This document shows positions 26,201 to 36,400 of a stretch of 64,000 nucleotides of DNA, one piece after another. Location of the stretch: NCBI GenBank assembly GCA_965235115.1, contig OZ249436.1, forward strand, positions 10,602,001-10,666,000, in the 5' to 3' direction. A model generated the notes under the pieces. That model ran no database searches. It had not been told where the DNA came from and worked only from the letters and a program-made list of their open reading frames with translations. The DNA is from Laetmonice hystrix (lineage: Eukaryota). A program made the position numbers and the translations under genes. Each line of letters starts with the position of its first letter. Positions within the stretch are counted from its first letter, which is position 1.

Positions 26201-26276
26201 TTGATGTATTTCAGATGGAGCGGCAGGCTCGATGGATGACTACTACTATTCCTCCAGTGGGGGATCACTGGATTGA
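11134..26276 (+). CDS. FST: Follistatin, spliced CDS join(11134..11212,19281..19475,22351..22572,24825..25049,25378..25620,26215..26276), 341 aa; optional extra exon 19975..20088
   Basis: All five introns are GT..AG and phase 1, and the frame is continuous. Architecture is leader, N-terminal TB-like domain, three FOLN+Kazal follistatin domains and a short tail. Motifs such as GGAPQCQRC and [15 protein letters not shown] match vertebrate FST GGAPNCIPC and TCENVDCGPGKKCRM. Confidence 0.95.
15700..15900 (-). mobile_element. RTE-type LINE 3' relic
   Basis: WHFAQILDSVHAQAKILLG..SRPYTDIWLLYVHHTLQ..KNR*W resembles the RTE ORF C-terminus (GHxARM...KxILxG...RPxxxW). Confidence 0.4.
16503..16700. other. 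Assembly gap (198 N)
   Basis: N run. Confidence 1.
17355..17598. mobile_element. G-rich MITE
   Basis: TIR CAGTGGCGGATCCAGG / CCTGGATCCGCCCTTG; no clear TSD. Confidence 0.65.
17870..18183. mobile_element. G-rich MITE (same family as the partial copy at 54056)
   Basis: GGCGGATTTAGGGGGGGCACAGGGG / CCCCTGTGCCCCCCCCCCTAAATCCGCCACTG. Confidence 0.65.
18781..18945. other. Assembly gap (165 N)
   Basis: N run. Confidence 1.
19281..19475 (+). CDS. FST: Follistatin exon 2, N-terminal TB-like domain
   Basis: tttttcag|..GLCWMVMGSSGLCRDLLDIGVTREQCC...SWS...FYWQAFGGGAPQCQRCR..|gtgagt. Confidence 0.95.
19975..20088 (+). CDS. FST: Candidate alternative follistatin exon, 38-aa acidic linker
   Basis: catttctag|GTGAGC...GGAG|gtgagc; 114 nt, phase 1-1, no stop; encodes GEPSLVSSERGVDEDDENLGVTYEDYESSELTKNLGSG. 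Confidence 0.6.
22351..22572 (+). CDS. FST: Follistatin exon 3, FS domain 1 with a basic heparin-binding-like motif
   Basis: tacag|..[28 protein letters not shown]...VCGSDGRTYRNHCSML...GKCK..|gtaagt. Confidence 0.97.
24481..24660. mobile_element. MITE, degenerate 5-bp TSD
   Basis: TIR CAGTGACGTAGCCA / TGGCTACGTCACTG; flanks AAGTT / AGGTT. Confidence 0.75.
24825..25049 (+). CDS. FST: Follistatin exon 4, FS domain 2
   Basis: accag|..SCLEVRCGADKFCVADQYGLPHCVTC...VCGTNAITYPSLCHF...YLGPCR..|gtagga. Confidence 0.96.
25378..25620 (+). CDS. FST: Follistatin exon 5, FS domain 3
   Basis: tgaag|..GVTCANLTCQPHQRCLVDPWTGRPQC...ICGTDSNTYTSWCKML...NGACH..|gtgagt. Confidence 0.95.
25662..25909. mobile_element. 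Tc1/mariner-type palindromic MITE in follistatin intron 5
   Basis: TIR CGGTGGCTGGGAAAGGACATGCA / TGCATGTCCTTTCCCAGCCACCG; TA TSD; interior also self-complementary. Confidence 0.8.
26215..26276 (+). CDS. FST: Follistatin exon 6, C-terminal tail HGAAGSMDDYYYSSSGGSLD*
   Basis: tatttcag| acceptor, phase 1, stop TGA at 26274-26276, followed by AT-rich 3'UTR-like sequence. Confidence 0.75.
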
Positions 26277-29200
26277 ATCCGTTTGTAAACGGTGGAAACA
26301 ATAGATAGATTCATGCTGGCCAGATCTGTTACCAAAGTGTCATCGGCAATTTCTCTGCTGCCGTTAGTCCCGTTACCAGTTTATGTTGATCAGATGGGCA
26401 AACTCTGGTACTGCTGATGTCCGACATTCTGTTCGAAAACTGCCGTTTCATAGCTGAAGTCTTGCCGCAGTTTTGCTCAACCTGCTCCAGTTAAGGGAGA
26501 GATGGCAGTAGTGTCCTCCGCTATATTTATGACAGTTTCAGTAACCGTTGCTCGCAGACTAGTATGAGGTCTTCAGTCTATACCATTATATTGGCATTAT
26601 ATAAGACTGGTAATAGCAGGGAAATATATTGATTCTTGTGATATGCAGAGCGATGACATAGGCATGCACTTCGTTAGGTCCATGACTGTAGAGGTTGAAA
26701 CGAAGCGCGCGTTCACATTATATAGGCTACTGGGTGATAACTTTCCGTGAGGAGTTGAGCCAAAATTTCAAGTGCAAAAGACAAGAAACGTTAAGGCTTG
26801 TTTAGAATGAGCGCCATGCACGTCGCCAACATAGTAGGGGGTAGTCGAGGGCTGTGAAATTTCTGGTGATAGACGGTGCAAGTGGACAAGGGCATTCTCC
26901 TTCTGGGGGGTAAGTACCCCTATACCTGCTGGTGTCAAAACATGACATGCAAGCTACCCGAAAGAAGCCTTAACCGATCTACCCAGACACTTGTCTAAAA
27001 GGTGTTTGGTGGTAGCATGCATTCATCGCGTGGAGATTACATTACGTTCCAAGCATCACCTATAGCTTCCCGCTGTGAACGTGCGCTGTTATTCACATTA
27101 TATATGTTGTACATAGCACTTGTCTTGTGATTGTCCGTTTTAGTATTGTAGTTAGCAGAGGATACGTTCGGGTGACATTGTATTGAGGAATCTCATCTTT
27201 GTTGTATATCATCAGTATTGTTGAGTTTACCTTACCGAGGTTGGTACTTAGTTTGCACATATTCATGAATGCGGTTTACTGTCCGTCCACATGACGTTAC
27301 TATTAGTGGGGCAGGCAGTGGATAACAGCATTGATTGACGTCCATTATTGTAGTTTTCAACTTTCAAGAATTTAAAAGCGAGTCCCATGGGCGTATATCT
27401 TTACATTACTTTACACAAGTAAGATATATCAACATATATAATATAGTCGTTCATTATGAGCCGATCAGACGTATAAATAACATTCCATTTTAGTGTGAAC
27501 TAAAATGAAGTCGATTAGAACGTCATTTCGTTCATTCCTTCTTTTAAACTTAAGTGGTCTTTTTAAATCAATGTAGTGCTGAATAATAGTTGACTGAGTC
27601 TGGGTGCAGAACATGGCTACTTACTGAGAGATTATTTATCGGTAATATTGGATGAAAATTAAGTCGGTATAGCTTCTCATCTACACCTCTTCATGCACGA
27701 GTCATGCCTACATATCTGTTTAACAGTGACTGACTTGGTTCACGCTGTTGCCTATATGTAAATGCACATTTGTGTCTAACATTCAGTTACACGTTTCTCC
27801 TTGGAATTCTTTTCTGCATGCCAGTATTTGTATATGATTTCGATGCTGTTAGACTTTCGCCCGTTTATTAATTTAAATCACGCAAATATTATTTGTAAAA
27901 GGGTCTTTCCTTTCTGGTCATTATTGCTAATAATGTGTTATGTCCGACGTTTGGGGAGAGGTAATTGCTATTAAATATATATTCAATATATCACTTCGCC
28001 AATTTCTGATAGGCCTGAGAAATTACCATGTGTTCCTGGTTCGGCAATCGATTGGCAAGATGAGTTGGTTTCGTCAAAAATATCGAATTTATTAATTTCT
28101 TCCATTTAGAACCATCTTCTAGTCTTTATAACCGATGAAATGATTTTATAGCTCGAGCAGGTCGCCTCAAAATACATTTTAACATGCTACGAAGAGGTGA
28201 AAATTACAATAGTATATTATCCATATTTTGTTTACTGAAAGTCAATGCGGATTTTACTGAAGGAACTTTAAGTTGTGGGGACACATTCGCCCTGCCTTGC
28301 TCATATTTCCCCGGGGGAAAATAGAAAGCTAAATCAAATTTGCTTCTGGAGATCTAGACATCCTTACTGTAAAATAACTGAATTTCCAGTATTCTATGCA
28401 TGTATTGAACAAATTATGGCACATTTGGTGTACGGCAAGCTAAGAGGGATAGAAAGGTTTCGACTCATGTCAAATATGTTTCCTCCTGGTCTAGCTCCAA
28501 CAGGTGCAGAGTTGGACATTTTTATATCCTGTAACCTCTAGATATTTAGAACAGAGTACCTGAGGAGCTTATCTGAGTTATATTGAAACTAAAAGGTAAT
28601 TAAAGGGAAGAGATATTGCTCACTTTTTATACTTAAAAAAAGAGTATAATTAAATTTGTTTGTATTCATTTACGCATACTACAAGTAGAGTCACGGCCTG
28701 TTGCGCAAAGAGGCCCCATATAATTAATCCTACAAGTGCGTGGTGTACAGTTTCATTTGTAGACATAATTATTCTGAAACGGAAAGCAAATCATGTCATA
28801 GATAAGAGCACAAATTACCGAGTTATCCGTATTGATGTACAAGCTCTATACCCAAAAGGATTGATATTTTAATAGTCAAGATTTTTTCCACTTATTTAAA
28901 GTTGTATGTAAATATATACTCAATAAAAACATTCGTGTCCGAACTACTATATTCACGGTAATAATTATTCATGCTGTATTACGCATATAGATGTATTCCC
29001 GATACTAGTGTACAATTAACGGTGTTTGAAGTGAAGTCCATTTTGGCCAGTCAGTCCTAGCACTACCTCATGCAGTTGCAGTATTACACTCACTCTAAGA
29101 ATTCATGTTGTGAGCTCAGTTTTCCTTTGCTTGCACCTTCTCAAACACCTTCCATTATTTTGCTGCTTCCAGGAAGATGCCAATAGGAACATTTCGTTAA

Positions 29201-29570
29201 TTGCTAACGGTAGATCTACTCTGTACTCAAGAAGCGTCATATTGTACGGCACGGCCAGGATACGAGTACCGTTATATATGCATCCTGAGATGTCGAGGAG
29301 AGAAAATGCTTACTGCATGTTGTATACCAGGGTGTAAAAACAAGTGCTTTTCATACGTGCATGGGAAATGACTATTGCGATGGCGATTGCTACCATCACG
29401 GTACTAAACTTAGTACTTTATCATTGTATATCACTTCATCCGTTTCCCCTGTGCTAATATCGGTCATATTTACTTGGACGCTCGCCCCCGCGCGCATGTA
29501 CAGTGCATGGTAAATGCTTTATGCAAGTTTTTAATTTATACAACATAGACTGTGTGGATATATTATATGA

Positions 29571-29623
29571 AATAAATATTTTCATTTTATAAACCAACTG
29601 TGTGTGCGTTCTCTCGAAATAAA
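29571..29623 (+). terminator. Candidate distal follistatin poly(A) signals
   Basis: AATAAA at 29571 and 29618, with a GT-rich stretch after the first. Alternative signals are AATAAA 28922 and ATTAAA 27970. Confidence 0.45.
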
Positions 29624-30140
29624 GTCAAGACACTGAAATGCCTTTAAACTCATACTTGACTTGGAAGGGTGGACAGGGGGCTGAACGCGGGGAGGTACCA
29701 CCACATAAAAATTTGCCGAACAATTTGGGGGCGGGTGGCAGGGTTACTTTGATATTACAATCCTTTCAATAAATATTATCTAAATGATAAATAACTAATA
29801 TAGACGTAGAAACCCCTTTTTCACTAGATTAGTTCTCCATTATCGTTACCATTTGCGCTGACCCCTATAGCCAAAGGTATTTTGCTGGAAGGTATATTGC
29901 GTCTGATATTGACTTATTTGATAACCAATAATTATGACACCAACCAGAGCTCGACAACTGAATCACCACTGTACCCGAACGCCCACAAGTACAGATAACG
30001 TAGTAGTAAATTAATACCAGTCCATTGTTAGTAATCCACAAGAAATAAGTCTATTTACACTCCTTAAAGACATTCTCCTACAATACAATTTCAAGCCATA
30101 AACTACAAACAACAAAATGCAAGATGACACTTATATTCTG

Positions 30141-30206
30141 TTTATTAAACAAGGGCTATAACCCCCAACAACGCTGATAGTTTTACGTTTTTATTTACAG
30201 TTTATT
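30141..30206 (-). terminator. NDUFS4 poly(A) signal cluster
   Basis: TTTATT on + (AATAAA on -) at 30201, 30190 and 30141, 105-170 nt past the stop codon. Confidence 0.6.
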
Positions 30207-30310
30207 GAAGCACTTATACGTTCCTTTTACCGCCACGTTGTCTTGCGATCCGCCCTGCACATAGCGGTGTAAAGTACAGTCATTTATCTGGTGGCGCAAA
30301 CTCTTCCCGC

Positions 30311-30414
30311 CTATTTTGTGCTCACCCTTGTCCTCTTGTTCCATGAAAAGTTAGCGCCATATGACTTCGCTCGTGGCACCTTCACCTTCCTTTCGTCCAC
30401 ATGAAAGTCCCAGC
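30311..30414 (-). CDS. NDUFS4: NDUFS4 exon 5
   Basis: [34 protein letters not shown]; keeps the C-terminal RVS motif, a PKA site in mammals. Confidence 0.97.
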
Positions 30415-33400
30415 CTGTAGAAAAAACATTCCCATTATATCAAAGTTGTTCTCAGTTAATCTTGTCAAGATGAAGAAGATTGTAAACGGAACCCTTTTTT
30501 GACTAATAAACAGATCTCCTTATTAAAAAATAATCATTTCATTGTCTGCTCTTCTCGGAATGCACAAAGTTTTATTTGTGGATTAAATATCGTGAAGTAT
30601 CCACACACTAATCAGACGATATGGCGAGGTTGTTCTCTCGAGTAAAGAAGTAGAGAAGGAACTCAGACAGACTTAGTGCCTTTCGGCGCGCTCAGCGGTC
30701 TTTACTATAGTGTGTCTATAATCCTTATGGGAACGGATCCTCTGCCTTGGATAAGGACTTCAGTCTAGCTCGTCAGACTGTCAGGTAGACGTCTGGCCAC
30801 CTTAAACTATTGCCTTCATGTCCCCCACCCGCTAATGAGTACCCCCGGTATATCATAGAGGGTAACCGGCAACTACTGTATTATGAAACTATTTTATTCT
30901 GTCCCTCCTAGACATGAATTGAAGAGTTTTAGGTGCTCAAGCCGCCTGCCCTCACTTTTCTAGAGCAGAGGACAACCCAACATGATAGTTGCCATAATAT
31001 AATATCAACAACATCAAGTCGTCCGGGCTGTTTGTCTAAACGTTTCCGATCAGACTCCACCAGTAAATGTTATCAACTAACTACACACACATAACTAGTG
31101 TCAGATCGAAGCCTTCTGGACAGACAGACGAAGGACAATATTATTGCTGTCTATCTGTCGTAACCTAAGTGATTTAGAGAGAGATATATGGCCATTCTTA
31201 GTACACAAGAGTCAAAAGGACAAGTAAAACTGACAGAAAAGAGAAGATTAAACGCCTGATATAAGTCACCATTTCCATATACTACAACACACGACGTGGC
31301 TCGTTTTTTCTTTATTAATTGATTTTTATGTCTGCCATTCTCCAGAGCTTTTATATATATATATATATCGGAGCTTACATATTCATCCGACCATCATTCC
31401 GACTGACCTGGCTCAATAAGAAAATGGCAGATGTTTTTTTAAGATATTGCTCCAGACGTCAATTCACGCGGCTGAAATAAATCCAGCAGCCTCCAGTTTC
31501 CTGATTTGAAAAAAGACCTTAATGAACTTCTCCTCATAAAAGTCGTTTTATATGTGGTTCCTTTTTCGCAGACGTCGACTGACCTTTCAAAAGTACCTCT
31601 CCGCAGAGACTGGATATAGAACAAGGTAGTATACTGGGGCTCGTTTTAATTTCATTTTCTTCCGTTTTTTTCGCATCCTCCCGGCTTGGGATATTACACA
31701 GTGGATTTGTTTTGGCAGTAAAGCAATATTGTTTTCCACATCCTTCATTGGCGTTCTACTTTGTGCACTCTGCCTTTCAGAGTAAATAGATGTCAGGAGA
31801 AGTTTCTTTAATCATCTCCTATATATAGCTCGGGATAACTTGGCATATCACTTTAAAAGTTAACAAGCTTGTGAAGTTTACAGCCCCCAAACAAGACCTA
31901 TTCCGTCTTGAACATATGATATGATTGTCACTAAGTATTGGAAGGTGACTTAAGGTTGAAGAAATAATCTTAAATGAAACTACATAGGCCTATATGACTT
32001 TCTATCCATCACAAAGAGTAGTGATGGGGTAATAACTTTCAAAGTACAAGCCACTGTAAATATGTATGACCCCTATTGACCTTTTAAGGCCTGGAAAGTT
32101 CAAAGAATACGTCCCGCTACGTCATACGTAGAATTTTCTTCCACTGTTTTCAACCGTCTCTGATCATTATGTAACGTTTCATACAATTTCACCCAGACAC
32201 TTCTGAGAAATCGCTGTCGTACGGACCGAGGGTAAGTTGAAGCCCCCACCCCTTCGGGTTGGAGGCCAATAAAAGAAAATCTTCAGGTGAGCCAGTCTGC
32301 AGATCTCATCAGCGCCATAGTTGGTTGGCCCACATCCTATAAGGTTCTATAACAGCGGATATGATGGAGACGCCCATCCCTCACACTGACCATGCCTCTT
32401 TTTCGAAGCTCTTTCCACCGGATATAGAAACCAACTGAAAGCACCAATATACATCTGAGGTCCTGATATTCATTAACCTGTGTATTTTGTTTATTGAAGC
32501 ATGAGATATTAAACAAATACACGGGTGTTGACCAAACACTCATGTTGTCACCGGGCCGGCTCAACTTGATTGGAGCCCGCCCGTCTAGACATGTGTACCG
32601 GAAAGTCTCCCCTACCCGTCCAGGGGTGTAGCCAGAATTTTCTGAGGGGGGGGGGGGGGGGGGGGGGGGGCTGAGATCCGCGACGAGCTGAAACCCGTTT
32701 CATCATTGAAAATTCAATCTTTACTGGTTCCGAAGCCTGGGTTGGGGGGGGGGGGGCGAGGCCCCCTTCGCCCCCTCCCCTGGCTACACCCCTGCCGTCT
32801 CCTTCGATTGGCCCCAACTCCGCAGACTTCCGACCACTCTACCTGAGACCCATCCCCCCACGCTCGGGGTTGAATCGCTTCCAGTGATTCCCCCCCTTAC
32901 GACAGCCCGCCTATTTTTCATCGGAGAGTAGATCGCAGCGTCATCTGCGTTGTTAGACACGAACCAATCAGATTACAGCACTGCCTGAGGCGCGATTCAT
33001 AAAAATTAGCTTGCGAAAGTTATTGTTGTCGCAGCAAGATGGCGAAGCCAACGATGGCAGCAACGGGTAGGCATTAAATCGTGACAGTGGGAGGAACAAC
33101 TTTGAGTTGTCAGGGCAGCAAGAACACACACTATTTATAACTACATTGAAGATGGCTGCCAAGCGGCCATTTTGAATGATATCATAAATCTATTTGACGT
33201 GCATCTTCCTCAGACCGCCTCGGAACACTGGGTCAAGTTTCATACAATTTGACCGATACACTTATGAGAAATTGCTGTCTACGGACGGACGTAAATACGT
33301 ACGTCCGTGTACAGCCCGACTTACTGATGGTAAATTGGAAGCCCCGCCCCTATGGGTTAGAGGCTAACAAAGACAGATGATTTTATTGAGACTTGGCTGC

Positions 33401-36400
33401 TAAAATTATGAAGTTTCCTGACAATCTGTGCTGACCTCAAGAGTGCTCTCACAGTGCTCAGAACCTTGCAGAACACAAAAGGCAAACTACAGAGTAATCT
33501 TCTGATTATATCTTAGAGAATTACATCGATTTTGTAATGTTGAAAGGAAGTATAGTCGTCATAAGAAATACAGTAAATTCATCTAAACCTTCAGTATATC
33601 ATTATAATGTACATGTACCGGTGCAGTCTGTCATCTGAACATGCTACAGCACACAGTGACTTCATTCATCAGCACATGTCTGCATTTCTCAATCATCAAT
33701 ATTATAACATCAGACTGCAAGTTCTTTACCAATTAATCGACCATTCAGTCTTGATCTGACGATTTGGGTATAATATCATTCATCATCAAGTCAAATCTAA
33801 CAAACTTCCCATCCAGGCCTGACCAATGGTGCCTTTCCAGTATTTATAAGGGTTTGTATATTTGCACTACCAGCAGCTATCATATGCTCACATAGATATG
33901 ATTCGCCGTTCACCCTTGCAAGACTGAAGGTCAAAGAAGATCACATAGCTCTAGACCACCCAAAATAGGATCTGCAAGAACTTTTACAATTTGATTCAGC
34001 ACCAAAAGTGGATAGGTTCTTATTTCGTTAGCTTAACAACAAAGAAAAAACCTATGCTCTATGGATTCTGTGTTGCAATGAAGACGACGACAAGCCTGTC
34101 TTTCTGGGCCCATTTCTGTCAGACTGGGTCACAGAGCGGATCGGCTGGCTGCAGGCTCTCGCTTCATGTCTAGACTACACAGCACTGCCTTTGCTCACCC
34201 CATTCTTTAGCCCACATCCTGCAGCTAGCGACAAGGTTGGCTGGGCCAGACAACCTCCTATCCATTACACATCAGACGATATCTTCTCCCATTAGAGCGA
34301 TAAATTCTGCATTGTTTTCCCGCCCATCGGCTCTGTCTAAACAAGATTATTGAGGGTGGTCTTTTCGACGGCTAATGTAATCAGACTGTCACACGTGCTG
34401 TTGACACTGTGAGGCGGGATACATAGCTCGGCATGACTTGTCCATTAGACAAGATAGATTGCATTTCATGACATTTTGAAATCCCTCGCAAATGGTATCA
34501 TTTATGTTTATGTTCAAGGAATTAAATCCTACCGCTAGGTATCTCCAAGTCGAAGGCGTTATAAGTGGCGACAGCAATGTAAGATATGCAAGGCCAAAAT
34601 TGTCTCTTGACTCTCGACATGAATGGATGTGGCCCAACGCTGCTCATCAAATCTGACTGAATCCATGCTATTATATCGAAACACCACTGAAACATTTTCT
34701 CCCCTTTTCTTCCTTCAGACTTGAGGTCTGGACCGTCAAATGTTTGGGGAGGACGAGGTTGCTAAATAATGAAATCATCGAGTTGTGATGTGCGATTCAG
34801 GATCCCAGCTTCCTTAGTTTCTGTTGACGTGTCTACCCTGTGCTCTGTTTATATAAGTTACGTCTGTCTGACCGGGCACAGAAGGAGAATTGTTACTGAT
34901 TATAGAGTGAATGTCGCTGGGTTTCAACTGGACTTATCACTCATACCAAGTATCAATCTCCTGTCTGAGCTGAACAACAACAACAACAAAATGAAGAAAA
35001 GCACCTACCGTTCTTTTCACAGAACGCTACGGCATCTTCTTGATCTGTAAACTCAAGGACCATGTTGGAGAGTGGATCCCCACTGCAAAAACATAACAAT
35101 TTAACCCTTTTACTCACCATTTCTTTTCTCCCTGATTCAATGATGGCTATTTGCCTTAGCGAAGCAGAACAGAAACGACGTAATCCCGACTCTCAAGACT
35201 ATTCAGATGGCAACTTTGGGATATCTGAACTTTTTTCTTGAAAGAAAAATGAACTGATGATAGTGGTTTCTTGGCACTGACCTTGAAGCCCATCCCATCA
35301 ATGGGTTTTCCCACCGTTCCCTGGTGTCGAACTCGATGCGCCACCTGCTGGTCTTATTTGAGCCGGACTGCATGGCGTTCTTGGCGGGCGAGAAGATGCG
35401 AACATGTCGAGTCTTGATGTGTTCCTCTGGTACTCCGGATAGTGCCGAGATATCATCCTGCAAGCAGCACAAGTCGACCGACTCACCATGGGTTCCTTTA
35501 ACGGTTAGCACCGATCAAAGTTAGCAATTGGCTGAATCTCTCCGGTCGGGCAGCCCATCCGGTTTCTGACCTCGACATCATGAAATATGAAAAGTACCAT
35601 GGCGGACGATGACAGATTAACGGTCCCCTGGACCCTACGAAACGGTCCATTTTAACGGCCAGGAATACGTACCACGGCGGACAGATGACAGATTATAACG
35701 GTCCCGTGGACCCTACGGAACGGTCCATTTTAACGGCCAGGAATACGTACCACGGCGGACAGATGACAGATTATAACGGTCCCCTGGACCCTACGAAACG
35801 GTCCATTTTAACGGCCTGGAATAGTACCACGGCGGACAGATGACAGATTATAACGGTCCCCTGGACCCTACAAAACGGTCCATTTTAACGGCCTGGAATA
35901 CGTGATTAATACAATGACATCATAATTGCTAATGGAATTTGTGTGATCATCTCAAAGGAATATCTAAAGGTCAGCAAAAGATGTAGATGATACGTAATAT
36001 GAAACCATACACGAGTGATAATGATATAAACTTTATGGTTACCTCCATCATTTCCCAAAACTTTGTGATTATATGTATCAACAGTTTTTCAAGTAATTAC
36101 AACATAAAGTTGAGCGACCCAAGATGATACTCTCACACAACAGATCATTTATCCAGGCGCCCTCAGGGCTCGGGTGAGAATAGGCTCACATCCAACACTG
36201 ACATTGTAATATTTTAATATCATTCCCTCGGTGACCTGGGAATCTAGTCCCTTCTTCCCTCCTCTATAATCTACAACCATGATCTCGCCATGAGGATAAC
36301 CTCAGATATCGACATAAAGGAAAAGCTCACTCTCTCACTCACAAACATTTCCACATTTTTAAAACAATATTTCACACGTATCACATAGCAGCCATTACAT

